64,000 nt of DNA from Eledone cirrhosa (taxonomy: Eukaryota). Location: assembly GCA_964016885.1 (NCBI GenBank), contig OZ024742.1, positions 263,624,001 to 263,688,000 of the forward strand, written 5' to 3'. Position 1 is the stretch's first letter, and each line of letters starts with the position of its first letter. Both the position numbers and the translations under genes were made by a program. This document shows, one piece after another, positions 26,249 to 39,793 of the stretch. The notes beneath the pieces are model-generated. The model saw nothing but the letters and a program-made list of their open reading frames with translations, was not told where the DNA came from and made no database searches.

Positions 26249-27725
26249 CTAGCTGGCCTGTCCGGCTGACGCCCGGCTAGGTATAGCGTCATTTATCTTT
26301 TCAGGAATCCCACCTCCACTACAGTGGGAAGATACCGCATGCCCTCTCAAGTGAGTGAGGGTGGGGGTGGTGTTATGGGTTAACGTCCTCTGATTTTAGG
26401 TTTGAATAGTTTTAGGATTCCCCAGGTCAGCAGCCACTACGTTAAAGAAAATCATTAGTTTCAACAATAAAGGCTGAACAGAGAACACATTTTTTAACAA
26501 ACTTTACAATAATTTGTACAACTATGATGGAAATTCCAAGTAACAGAAAATACATAAATTACATTGTTAGAGCCTCAGAGTATACAATATTTTTTGTTCG
26601 GCGCTCGGGAGCAAAGATGAAGCGATTGTTTGGCGAGCTCACCCTAGAGCATCCTACATACAATTGACCATGGGAGAAGCATGGTTTTCCCAGATGAAGG
26701 TCAGCCACTTTTAAGGTTTGACACTGAGCTTTGTTGATGGTAATCGCGAAGTTTAGGCTCTCTGTTGCTCTAGTAACATTTTTTCTTCTGGAAAATCTGA
26801 TCTTGCGGCCAGGCTGGAACTTTTTGGGTGGCATATCGGCAGTAACAATGATGATAAGCCGTCTGTGCTTTCGTTTGTTTATATTTTGTTTTTGTGTATG
26901 CAAAAATATCTGTACCCGAATATATAATTATATATATATATATATATATATATTAAAATAACAGATTAAAGTTTAAGCCAAGAATCACTGCTTTCACCCT
27001 TAATGGGATATTCTCAAACTAAAAACATCAATCTGTGAACGCAGAAGTAAATACTTCGAAAAACGTTGCAACCGAAAGAAAACAGGAAGACGATACTTTG
27101 GTTCGTGAAGACGTTCCCTGGCAATGAACGGAAAAAAGCGAAGATAATACGTCAGCAATGAGAACAATATTTGCTCTAGTGTTCTTATATATTTGATATA
27201 TATTTATCCTTATCGAGCCCTCTTTGGATTTTAGTCTTCCCATTTATTATTATTACTAATTATATATATATATATAATTAATTATTGAGAGAGCGTGCGG
27301 TATCTTTGCACTGAATTAATTAAAAGTTGGTTAGAAGCGAAATCAATGCAGACAGGCAGTCAGACAGACAGATATTATAAGCGTGCGACGTTATAGCTAT
27401 GTATCTAATGCAGACAGCCAGACATACAGAGACATATTATAAGGGCGCGACGTTATAGCTATGTATCTATCTAAAAAGACAGACTAAGAAAGAGAGAGGA
27501 ATGTCGTATAACCGGAAGTGTTGACATTTGAAAATTTTAAAGAAGTCAATATTTAAATAAACGATAAAATATCTTTAATCTTTTAACGAAATTTAGAAGA
27601 CAAAAATACCCTCACTTTCTTACTTGGAAAAAGTAACATCTAAGGTGCAAATTTGGTGCTTTTTGGTACAACAGTTTGGCGAAAAGTTTGTTACATACAT
27701 ACGGCCTTCAACTTTATAATATAGA
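26249..27725 (-). mobile_element. Internally deleted Helitron with both termini
   Basis: 5' A|TCTATATTATAAAG at 27725; 3' ccgggcgtcagccgg hairpin plus acaggccagCTAG|T at 26249; AT target site; carries a helicase fragment. Confidence 0.85.
26559..26760 (-). pseudogene. Helitron Rep/Hel PIF1-like helicase C-terminal fragment
   Basis: FAITINKAQCQTL..PCFSHGQLYVGCSRV..TKNIVYSEAL, corresponding to helicase motifs V and VI. Confidence 0.9.
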
Positions 27726-30399
27726 TTACTAAAGACTAAAAGTTTAAGCAAAACACTTCTGTTTCCACCCCAATCGAGATCATCTCAAGCTGAGAAAAAT
27801 CAATCTGTAGACGCAGAAATTAATATATTAAAAAAGTTACAACCAAATGTTGCCTTTAGTAAACAGGAATATTTGTCGCATGATTTTTTCATAGCAAGAA
27901 TATGATTTTACCATAGCAAGAATTTGTTCTCGCTCCACATAATAATGAAATAATTCTCCTTGCATATATTTTGCTTACCTAAAGAGAACGTCTTCACGCA
28001 CTAGTGTTACGTCTTCCTGTTTTCTAAAAGCAATATTTGGTCGTAACTTTTTTGAAATATTTATTCTGTGTAAAACAGATTGATTTTCCTTAGTTTCAGA
28101 TGATCCCGCTTAGGGTGAAAGCAGACGGTTTTTGCTTAAATATTTAATCTGTACTACTACTAAATTAATATATATATGCTTCAATACATACACACATATT
28201 CATAATCACACACACATATATATATATATATATACTAGCAAAATACATTTTAGCGCCAAAACTTACTTCTCACGAAGTGGTTTTCTACTACGTTTGCAGC
28301 AATTTAATGTAACATAATCTAAAAATGTTCGTTGTTCGTAAATATATTCAGTATTAAGTAACATTCGAAATAAACACTGAAATATATGCAGTATATCAAT
28401 GATTTCAAGTTTGATGTGCTAGAATGTTCGATGAAATTAATTACAATGAATTCTATTTTTATTGTTCCGCTAAACACCAAAACAATTGAAAAATTAACTG
28501 ATATTCAAATTAAAAAATGTGATCTGCAATATTTTATAACAATATAATCCTGCATACATGTATTGCAGAATTCTACTTTGCTATTGTTTTAAGAAACTAC
28601 CGTCTTTTCGTATTGTACTTATTTGTGCATTTGGCTACTTGTGGTAAGGGATTATAAAAGAGTGAACCCAAAACATTCTCTCCTTTTACCAGTTTTGGCT
28701 TTAGCGGTGGTCTAGAGGTTTTCGCCTATTTCTTCAGCTAAGAAGCAAGAGGCCTGTAATACGCCTGACAATAAGGCTACATTTCTTAGTCTTTCTAATT
28801 CCTAATTTATTTCTCTTTTACACCTTACTATAAGTACAAAAAAAAAATCTAAACAGAAAACTATATTTTAATATAATGTTAACGAAAATATGTTATATTT
28901 GAGGAAGGTCATGTCTAAATATTGCCAAAAATAGTAAAACACACTCACTGTATGGTTTGGTTTTCGCTTCAGTATATTTTTATATCTTTATAAATAATTT
29001 AGCTGGCAATCAATGTTTATCGTTGATTGACCAACAGTTAAAAATATAAATATAAATATAATTTCTCAAAAAGTTTCTCAAATTTCTTTCGCCGCACATT
29101 TCTGTGACATCTTCAGTGATTATCGCTGTGCTTCATCTCGATTTCATATAAAAACCTTGTAAAACAAATACATCGCCGCGAAAACATTATGTTTGTTGTT
29201 ATTTTGAAGTGTTCTATATTTTTGCTGCGATATTATTAATCACATGGATTCGTTGTATCCCATGGCTACAAATAAATATTTTATTAGCGGTCTTGTTTCC
29301 GCGTTGGTCCATTTTCTCGAAATCAATACGTTGGGGAATTTATTTCTCAACCTCAATCATACATGAACACATAAACACTCGTGACCAACACAACACACAG
29401 AGAAACATTTCTTCTAAACATGTATCACTAATTCTTTTAGTGATTTCAAAGTGAAGCTGAATAATTCCTAGTTCCCGTGGAATTTTCATGTGTCTAGCTA
29501 GTTAAATATAATATAATCCTAATACTCAGTCGTTACTTCTGTTAACAAATAGACTAAAATTTCTTTGGAAGCGTGCTTTATCTTTCTCTGATGTCAGCAA
29601 AAATCCAGCCGATCATCACTTTCTCTCTTTTTCACTCTTTCACTCTGTTTCTCTCTCTCATTTTCTCCCAATCACTCCCTCTCCCCCTCATACACAATCT
29701 ATTTTATAATATTAGATGTCTTAAAGCCGTTACTGAAAAAAAACAAACTTTATTCTTTTATTGAATGTTGTTATTCTTGTTGATTTGTACCAGTGTTTTT
29801 TGTTGTTTTTGTTGCTGTTGATATGGTAATCACAAACATGTTTGTTGCCATGTCCGTTGATTTGATATGTTGTTCTAGTTATCCATATTGTGGTTTTTGT
29901 TGTAAATATTTTCTTTCTTCTCACAAGTCTCTTTTATTGACGTTAAAGTATTATTAAAACACACTCAAAAGAAACAACAGCAAAATATAACGAAACGATG
30001 ACGTAGATATATTTATGTTAAAAAAAACAGGCTTCATCTATGAAAAGTGGCTTGGTACCTTTAAAACTATACACACAAACATATCCATAATACACGCATA
30101 TGGAAATGTATAAATGTAAATTTATAAATACAGCTATTTCTAATGTAGAACTGCTCGTTGGAAAATGTTTGAAATGGAACTACTCTATGTAAAATAAAGT
30201 GGAATTGCACTGTGTACAACGTTTGGAGTGGGATTGATCTATATATGCTGCTACTGTTTAGTAAGGGAGGGAAGAACATTCCTCATTACCCTTTATTTCA
30301 GAGTCTCCTAGACTGATAGAAGGGAGGAAGGAAGGTATCTTCAAACAGGAGACCTTGCTCAAATGCTTGCCACGGATTGGGCTCCGTTAATGACACCCA

Positions 30400-30547
30400 A
30401 GAGACTGGCGAGCCTTCTTAAACAGGATGACAAATTAAGCCTGTCGTCCATGTTGGCTCCAGCAGAGTTTGAGCTCAGAATGAAAAGAGTCGGAACAAAT
30501 ACCGCAAGGCATCTTGCCCGACGCTTAACAATTCCGCCAATTCACCG
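30400..30547 (-). mobile_element. Degenerate OK-like SINE
   Basis: Head gcggtgaattggcggaattgttaagcgtcggg and a B-box. Confidence 0.6.
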
Positions 30548-31171
30548 CAATAGACGTCGGAAATCTTCCGATGACCCTGTGATTACACAAAAGAAACTCC
30601 AGAGTAACAAAACTCAAATTTGATCTTAAGAAAGAATATATTTATCTTTAACAACCACATACACCCCCTCTCTCTCTATGTATATATATATATAGAGAGA
30701 GAGAGAGATAGATTGATAGATTGTGTGTGTGGTGAGTATGTTCCGATTGTTGTATTATTTAACAATACAGAATTGTAACACATTTTTATAAATATAGATG
30801 ACGTCGCACATAAATTCTAAACTCACTCTTACTTAAGTTGATATATAATTACATTTGGCCCCATTATCAGTGTTAATGGTCTTTTATCGGGTACTATGGT
30901 TATTTCAATAGTCTAATATTGTACGGTAGGATATCGTGTGCCATGTTATCGCGATGGTTTATAGTGGATGTTACATGCAATGATAATATATGCTCATGTC
31001 ATTGAATAGCATAACCATGGTATGATATAGAAGGCAGCGTGAGATAGAATGTATAGTGGGGGAGGAGGAGTAAGGGCTATTAATATAGATAAATTATACT
31101 ACGATAAATGATAAATGGTATATGATACGGCAATGAAGAGAAGTACGCATGTATGCCTACATACATACATG

Positions 31172-31385
31172 TGGTGGCTGCCAACTCGTTTTCGAGTACG
31201 GCCACTACTTTATATCCATGTAGGAGAACCCCTACCGATGCGCTGAACGAGTGTGACTTTTTAGTCCAGCCAGCGACTTGAAAACTCTGGTACAAACACT
31301 ACACTTGTGACAATTATTGACACATAGTGCTGGGCCCATGGTACCATGTGACGACAAGTGCAGAGAGATCTCCAGATATAAAGCA
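31172..31385 (-). mobile_element. RTE-type LINE 3' end (C2H2 finger remnant)
   Basis: CSVCTRVFKSLAGLKSHTRSAHR. Near-identical inverted copy of 33727-33939, embedded in (CATA)n. Confidence 0.7.
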
Positions 31386-31870
31386 TACATACATACATAC
31401 ATACATACATACATACATACATACATACATACATACATACATACAGATACATCTAAGCACACATAAATATATGCATTGATATATACGTGCATACATATAT
31501 GTATATATACACATTTTTATAGATGCATGCATATATACATGCATACATATAGGCACACATATATAACTGCTCACATACATACATAATACATACATATATA
31601 CATATATACATTCACATCTAAGCACACATAATATATGCATTGATACATACGTGCATACATATATGTATACATATATGTATACATACATGCATATATACAC
31701 ATCTAAGCACACATAAATATATGCATTAATACATACGTGCATACATATATGTATACATACATGCATATATACATGCATACATATAGCCACATATATAAGT
31801 GGTCACATAGATATATATATACATACAAACATACACACATACATCCATACATACATACATGATACTTACA

Positions 31871-31922
<52 letters not shown>

Positions 31923-31926
<4 letters not shown>

Positions 31927-32126
31927 AACGAGTAGGACCCCGACGGCTGAGCTCAAGCCGTTTCGACGGCTATTTCTGGGCTAAATTCAGTCCAGAATTA
32001 GCCGCCGAAACGGCTTGAGCTCAGCCGTCGGGGTCCTACTCGTTCCTATTACCCACTCTACTACCCTAAGTATTGAGTACTTTGGTGCGTTATGGTCCAC
32101 CTGGTTCCTTACCACATTTCCTTCGT

Positions 32127-32127
<1 letters not shown>
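31923..32127 (+). mobile_element. (TA)n-flanked element beginning with a 124-bp fold-back hairpin
   Basis: 31923-32046 is a near-perfect palindrome containing a GAAAC-ggcttgagctcagccg-TC half-hammerhead. Confidence 0.6.
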
Positions 32128-32158
<31 letters not shown>

Positions 32159-32289
32159 TGTGTCTCTGCCTGTATTAATCTAAATAAAATTATAAGCAAT
32201 GTTGTCATATTTTAAAAATAGAGACAATAAACTACGAGCAATTAGATGATACGGTAAACAATAACATCTTTGCAACGGAAAACATTACA

Positions 32290-32511
32290 CAATACAAAAC
32301 AATACATACACACACGCACATATATATATATATATATGGATATATATGGATATATACACAAACACACACACACACACATATATATATGGATATATACACA
32401 TACACAAACACACACACACACATATATATATATGGATATATACACATACACAAACACACACACACCCACACATATATATATGGATATATATGGATACATA
32501 CACATACACAA

Positions 32512-32542
<31 letters not shown>

Positions 32543-32748
32543 GAGATAGATATAGATAGATAGATGTAGATATAGATATAGATATAGATATATATACACA
32601 CATACATTTATATATACAGATGCATATTATACACACACACACGTACACACGTATATATATGAATATATATATATATACACATATATATATATACATGTAT
32701 ATATGTGTGTATCTGTGTATAATATGCATATGTATATATAAATGTATA

Positions 32749-32781
<33 letters not shown>

Positions 32782-32857
32782 ACTATATCTATATCTCTCT
32801 CTCTATATATATATATGTGTGTGTGTGTGTTTTTGTGTGTGTGTATGTATATATATG

Positions 32858-32927
<70 letters not shown>

Positions 32928-32960
32928 CCATATGTGAGTATGTGTGTATACAAATCATAA
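32290..32960. repeat. Compound (TA)/(CA) low-complexity array with higher-order ~46-bp repetition
   Basis: Repeated tatggatatatacacatacacaaacacacacac units. Confidence 0.85.
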
Positions 32961-33513
32961 AATCGTCCCCATCTAAATAATGATAATGCCAAACGAATCA
33001 GAAACGTAAAATATGATGTATACACACACACACATCTCCCACTACACACACAGACATACACATACAAACGTGCATACAGTTGAGAGCTTATCCTTATATA
33101 TCAGCACTTGGCAAGTTTGAATAGTTTCCATAGAAACCTAGACAACCCATTTTAATGTTGGGAAATGGCATCTAGTATTTAGATGCTGTGTCATGCTAGG
33201 GTCTGTGAAAGTCAGCTTTGTCATAACAAGAGAAGTTTCATAAGAGGAGCTTGAAGAAAGTTGTAAAAACAATGCAGTAAATGAAAACGATGTGTGGAAG
33301 TGTGTTTTCGTTTGTGAGTGCTTGTATGCGTGTGCACATGTGTGTGGTGCACAGTTGTGTGTGAAAGAAGCACACATGTATGTATTTATATGTGCAGTAT
33401 ATTATGTATGTATGTATGTATGTATGTATGTATGTATGTATGTATGTATGTATGTATGTATGTATGTTTGTACGTACGTATGTATGTATGCATGTATATA
33501 TGTATGCAACAAT

Positions 33514-33939
33514 GGCCATCCAAAATCACCGGGAGAGATGACCCCTTAGCCTTTGTCAAGGCAGAATTCTAGGAGAAGGAAAACTCTGATATAACACCTG
33601 CAACCTTGATGGTATCCAATGATGTTGACTTGTTCTTCTTTTTGGTAAATATCATCTTGGTTAAGAGAGTGGGACTGGCTTTGTGCAGTGCCTTTGCTCA
33701 CTATAAAAGCTTCACGGCACAGGCATTGCTTTATATCTGGAGATCTCTCTGCACTTGTCCTCACATGGTACCATGGGCCCAGCACTATGTGTCAATAATT
33801 GTCACAAGTGTAGTGTTTGTACCAGAGTTTTCAAGTCGCTGGCTGGACTAAAAAGTCACACTCATGCAGCGCTTCGGTAGGGGTTCTCCTACATGGATAT
33901 AAAGTAGTGGCCGTACTCGAAAACGAGTTGGCAGCCACC
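33514..33939 (+). mobile_element. Short bipartite non-autonomous RTE-derived retroelement with 58-bp flanking direct repeat
   Basis: The 5' part carries the RTE-like UTR motif aggagaaggaaaactctga and the 3' part a C2H2 remnant. The flanks at 33456-33513 and 33940-33997 are identical. Confidence 0.7.
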
Positions 33940-34007
33940 ATGTATGTATGTTTGTACGTACGTATGTATGTATGCATGTATATATGTATGCAACAATAAT
34001 ATGTATA

Positions 34008-34067
<60 letters not shown>

Positions 34068-35530
34068 ACATATATATATATATATATGGTAGATTGTACA
34101 CGGCTGATTGAGAAAAAAGTTCATGATGTGGCGTTCACTGTATTTCCACGTGATCATGGGATTTTTTGACGTCAGTTGCAATTCATCAAACATCTGGAAG
34201 GATGTCTATTTTGAAGTTGATGAGAAATAATTTGGACATGTGTGGAAAAGTTAGAATAAGATATATTTTCTTTCGGATTACATTTGGATGTCAAATAATA
34301 CATAATTTCTCTAAGGTCGGATTAAGACCATTAGAAAAATTACGGACAGATTTTATCAACAGGCAGGAGACCCAAGGGTAGATCCCGAGCAAGATGGTTG
34401 GATAACATCCATGGGCATGGCTTGCTACGGGATCCAGCCAGATCATTGGAGACAGTTGTTTTTGACAGGAACCGCTGGAGGGAGTGTTTGAGGACTCTGC
34501 CCGCACGACCCTCTCAGGAATATGTGGGCGAAGAAGAAGAAAAATTATGGTTTATTGTAAATCTAGCACTGGAAATAAACCTGTGGGACCCCTCTTTACT
34601 TGAGACCCTCAGCATGTGTATATTTTGCTCAATTGTTAATCCATATCTGAGTTTCTCTCTATGATAGACATCTCAATCCTTCATTTGTTTTTACACAGTG
34701 AATATCTAATGCTGGTATGTAGTGTTTTACCTATCTTTTGACTTTCAAATATATTCCGAATATATTTCTATGTACCTGTGAACCGACTGAGTTGTACTGG
34801 TGAGGGCAACATTTTAATGAGTGATCTGTTGATGTATTATTGGTGGACAAATCAGTACAGCATACAATTTCATTGCAGTCTGCCGATTTGTGCAGTTGAC
34901 CAAACGACTGACTGAACAGAAAACTTTGATTCAGGTTATATGTAACCCTGTGTCTCTAACATACGACAAATTCATATACGACTTGATACACTTCTAACTT
35001 ATTGAACATTTTTGTTTTGTTCTTGTTGCTATTTGATCACGATTAGTCAAGTAAAGACGGGATACAAAGCAACTAGACAAACGGTTAGCTGATATTTTGT
35101 CCACTGTCACCTTCACTTCATTGGGTCCACGATCAAAACGTTTAACTATATCTAGAGGGGACAGCACTGCAAAATAAACAGATCAACCCATCTGAGTGTT
35201 GGCACTGTAACACTTCCTTTGAGTCTGGAGAATTTACTAAGGAAATTTGTGAGGGTCTAGAAAAGTGACTTCAGTACTCAGACTAAGGTAAGTGTTTCTC
35301 CCTAAAAAATCCTGTCAAATACATGTACAAATCTAAACCATCAGGATAAAGAACTTCCTCATCCAACAGGGGTAGCCATCGGCCAGTACTGATTTTTAGA
35401 CTGGGATATAAGATAACCTCATAAAAGAGTTGTGTATGGCATTTATTAGCCTTCAGTAATACAAGAGATTAGATAGGAAATTTTATTCAACTTGAAGTCA
35501 AAAAAGAATTTGTATATGTCATTTGGAAAT

Positions 35531-36132
35531 CTAGTATAACACTACAGAACAGAGGAATATGTAATTAGTTAACTAACTTAGTATAACGCTATGGAACAGC
35601 GGAATATTTAATTAATTAACTAACCTAGTATAACATTACAAAACAGGGGAATATGTAATTAGTTAACTAACCTAGTATAACGCTAGGAACAAGGGAATAC
35701 GTAATTAGTTAACTAACCTAGTATACCACTACAGAACAGGGGAATATGTAATTAGTTAACTAACCTAGTATAACACTACAGAACAGAGGAATATGTAATT
35801 AGTTAACTAACCTAGTATAATGCTAAGAACAGGGGGAATATGTAATTAGTTAACTAACCTAGTATAACGCTAAGAAACAGGGGAATATGAAATTAGTTAA
35901 CTAACCTAGTATAACGCTATGGAACGGGAATATGTAATTAGTCAACTAACCTAGTATAACGCTATGGAACGGGAATATGTAATTAGTCAACTAACCTAGT
36001 ATAACGCTATGGAACGGGACTATGTAATTAGTTAACTAACCTAGCATAACGCTATGGAACGGGACTATGTAATTAGTTAACTAACCTAGCATAACGCTAT
36101 GGAACAGGTGGATATATTATTAGTTAACCTAG
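35531..36132. repeat. Minisatellite, about 13 copies of a 45-47-bp unit
   Basis: Consensus cctagtataacgctatggaac(a)gggaatatgtaattagttaactaa, containing the palindrome TTAGTTAACTAA. Confidence 0.95.
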
Positions 36133-36409
36133 AATATGGTTAATTTCATAGCCCTATTTTTTAAGTCAGGATATCAATATACAATATTTTGGAATGGCAT
36201 TAGTTAACCTTGTTTAAGGGGTTATGTGATTAATTTACCTTGATTAACATAATAGAATAGACGAGCATTTTATTCGTTATCTTGGAATTTGTAATTATTT
36301 AACCTAGGAAAACGCACGAAGGATACTTTCATAAATAATATTGCACCATCTAGACAGTAAATATATGATAGGTTATAAGATGAATGATTTATTTATGGTA
36401 TTTCTATGG

Positions 36410-36690
36410 TGTTCAGTTCACGATCGTAAAGGTGTGAGTTCTATTCTCAGGCCGGAAGGCGTGTTGTTTCCTTGAGTAATATGCTATATTTCACGTTGGT
36501 CAAATTGACTCAATTGGCAGAAATAAATTGTACTTGTAATTCAAGGGCCCAGCTTTGTCACATATGTCACGCTGAATCTACTCGAAAACTACGTTAAAGG
36601 TGCAAGTGTCCCTTACACGTTAAGTTCACGAACAGGCAGTTCTGTTGATTGAATCAACAGGTGCACTCATCGTCGGGAACGATGGAGGTC
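36410..36690 (+). mobile_element. tRNA-SINE, second family (degenerate)
   Basis: Similar to 14125-14375 and 12345-12635. Confidence 0.65.
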
Positions 36691-37287
36691 CAACGCAATC
36701 CTCCTGTAATTACTTTTAATCAACCATTAAGAACATTTCCATTGAGATTGATTTTGTAAATGCTTTTGGCATTTTTGTATTTACTAATTTCAAACCTCCG
36801 AATAGTGATACACATTTATATGAAATTTTTTGTAATATAAACTTATAATATTCTGTATTTTTAGACTAAATTGGTGGAATGTAAAAGATATTAAAATATT
36901 TATCTGTCTGAGACTGTCTGAAACGTCTAGAACTGGCTAACCTTTTGGTGAATATCGCTACCCCTCACCACACATGCATTGTTGTGATTATATGAAAGGT
37001 AGGGGCGATTCTTCTGCTGAAATCTGGCATTCTGTTAGATAGTCGATATGTGTATAGGTGACTAGGTGTGTGGAATGAGTGCGTGTGTGAGTATGTATGT
37101 ATCTATGGCACGTGTGTATTGTATGCATGTATGTATGTATGAATGTATGTATGAATGTATGTATGTATATATAAATACACATAATTATGTTGGAATGTCT
37201 TCATATTGTTTCTGATTTTTGTTCTTAATGTATATTATGTCTTCATATTTATATGCACATCCATCCATTCGCATACGAATCACTAGC

Positions 37288-37374
<87 letters not shown>

Positions 37375-37384
37375 AATATAGATG

Positions 37385-37436
37385 AGATTCTACAGGACTA
37401 GAACTGTTTCATTCTTTAGAAATCATCAGGAAATTC
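37385..37436 (-). ncRNA. Minimal type-I hammerhead motif (same family as 44284)
   Basis: Reverse complement: ttc CTGATGA tttctaaagaat GAAA cagttctagtcctg TA gaatct, sandwiched between (TA)n tracts. Confidence 0.7.
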
Positions 37437-37511
37437 ATATATATATATACATAATATCTATATATATATACATAATATATATATATACATACATATATGT
37501 ATATATATATG

Positions 37512-37602
<91 letters not shown>

Positions 37603-38049
37603 TGTGAGTGTATTTACATATGTGTGTAAATAAACGAGAGTAGAGGGTATTCCTCCATGAAATCTGCGGTGTTTGTAGTTTGATGCCATCTTCCTAGAGT
37701 TTTGTTTATACTTATTGCTAATACATTTTGCAAATCGTTTTCCCCAGCGTGAGTCAAGGTTTTCTGAGAAAGAAAAACAGACGGCGGCCATTGCATTGTG
37801 GTAGCTATTGTGTTATACATGCCTACAACAATAAAATACTTAAATTTCTGTTGATACCTCGCTCGCGAAGGCACACAAGAAGTGTCGTATAAGCGGGTGC
37901 AATCGTCAACCTCCGATTGCTCACGCGGCTACAATCTCCGAAGAAATTGCCTTCATTCTAGGATGTACTGCGACCCAAAAGGAAGGAAAGGAGAGTATAA
38001 GTCGTTGTTATACTCAACGGTCAATAGCGAGTATATACATTATTATATT

Positions 38050-38210
38050 CCTTTACTGGTTTCAGTCATTTGACTGCGGCCATACTGGGATGTCGTCTTA
38101 AAAGAATTTATTCAATCATATGACTCCCAATTACATATTTATTTTTCAAGTCTGGTACATATTTTATCGATGTAATTTTTGTCGAACTGCTAAATTATGA
38201 GTCATAAACA
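38050..38210 (-). mobile_element. 3' part of a third SINE family (OR-like)
   Basis: ctttactggtttcagtcatttgactgcggccatactgg. Head and body fragments possibly of the same family at 12660-12750 and 46555-46790. Confidence 0.55.
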
Positions 38211-38219
38211 CGGACACGG

Positions 38220-38720
38220 GTGTACTGGGATCGTCTTGAAAAGCTCATTCTTCAACGGCCTCGCAAGCGTTACATCATTTGTAAGATGTGGAAATATTCC
38301 ACCAATATAGCCCATAAGATGCTGTCATCAACTTTTAAAATCCTCCATGGACTGGTCCCTGTGCTATTCGTTTTCTATAAAAGTTGACATAACAACATTA
38401 CCACAGAACTATTTCACCTGAAATAGCCATGCTCCCTTTTAATCTCATACCGAAACACATCAAGGAAGAAAAAGATCCCATAATATTCAAATGGTTCCTG
38501 GACAAATCTCTCCAAAAAATTCTAGATAATCCAACTACACCCAACTTTGTTTCCATCACTACCACCAAATCATCACCGCCACTACAGAAAACAATAACTC
38601 CTTACTGGAGTGGGAGTATTTAAGTCATAATTTGTGTCCAAAGAATGGCTTAAATAGGAAGCATAATTTAAAAGACTTCACCGGGTGACATTAAGTTTGA
38701 CATGGCCTTGGCCAATAATG
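38220..38720 (+). mobile_element. CR1-group LINE 3' fragment
   Basis: RLEKL..LQRPRKRYIICKMWKIF and FNLIPKHIKEEKDPIIFKWFLDKSLQKILDNP, a CR1/L2-type C-terminus. Confidence 0.7.
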
Positions 38721-39052
38721 ACTGAAATCTATGAAAGTTATATAATACAGAGAGAGAGAGGGAGAGAGAGAGAGAGAGGGGGGGGGGGGGAGAACGCGAG
38801 ACAGAGGGAGAGAGAGGGAAGACATAAGAGGGAGAAGAGAGAGATATTAAGGCACATAGATAGTTAAATGTTTAGTAAACCATTATTCAATTGGTACACG
38901 ATAGTGGAAAGTTTCTTGTACGTATGTCAGGGTGTGTATGTATATATATATATATATAAAGGAATTTATTACAGTTATTATTATTATTATTGTTGTTGTT
39001 GTTGTTGTTGTTATTATTAGTAGTAGTATTAATATAATTTTATCTATGTATG

Positions 39053-39088
<36 letters not shown>

Positions 39089-39150
39089 AGCGTGCGCATG
39101 TGTTTATAGTTTGGGTGTGGTTATATGTGTTTGTTTGTGTGTATATATGT

Positions 39151-39231
<81 letters not shown>

Positions 39232-39329
39232 ATAGCGACGTAAATAGACCTTTCTTTTCTCTAGAGATTTGTTTTTGTGCCACTGCCCAGTTTCATCTAT
39301 GTTTCTATTTTTCTTTAATTTTCATTTGA

Positions 39330-39365
39330 TTTTCTGATGAAAGACTAGCGTCTGACACGTCAAAA
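39330..39365 (+). ncRNA. Degenerate minimal hammerhead motif
   Basis: tttt CTGATGA aagac-tagc-gtct GAcA cg TC aaaa, with one core substitution. Confidence 0.5.
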
Positions 39366-39465
39366 TTCTTTTCCTACTACACCAAGCGTCAAACTAATAA
39401 TATATTTCTTTATTATACTGTATCGTTTGTTTTATTATTTCTGTTTGCCTTTTGCATACACACAC

Positions 39466-39622
<157 letters not shown>

Positions 39623-39690
39623 TAAATACATGCATTTGTGCGTGTACATGTGCATGCGTGTGTGTATATATATATGCATGTATGCAAGTA

Positions 39691-39730
<40 letters not shown>

Positions 39731-39793
39731 AATATATATGTATATATATATATATCAAGTAAGAATATTTTCGAAACAGCGAGTGGGTTTGAA

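Noticed and set aside
26559-26903. Cellular PIF1 helicase gene
   Set aside because: The fragment is bounded by Helitron TC and hairpin-CTAG termini.
31232-31330. Host C2H2 zinc-finger gene exon
   Set aside because: A single finger within a duplicated repeat with a microsatellite tail; it fits an RTE LINE C-terminus.
35531-36132. CRISPR-like array (constant repeat plus variable segment)
   Set aside because: The variable parts are short and mutually homologous, there are no cas genes, and the context is eukaryotic. It is a minisatellite.
37640-37970. Possible minus-strand exons with good acceptors
   Set aside because: One has stops in all frames and the other has no donor. A UTR exon cannot be excluded but is unsupported; the same applies to 58678-58803 and 41625-41737.
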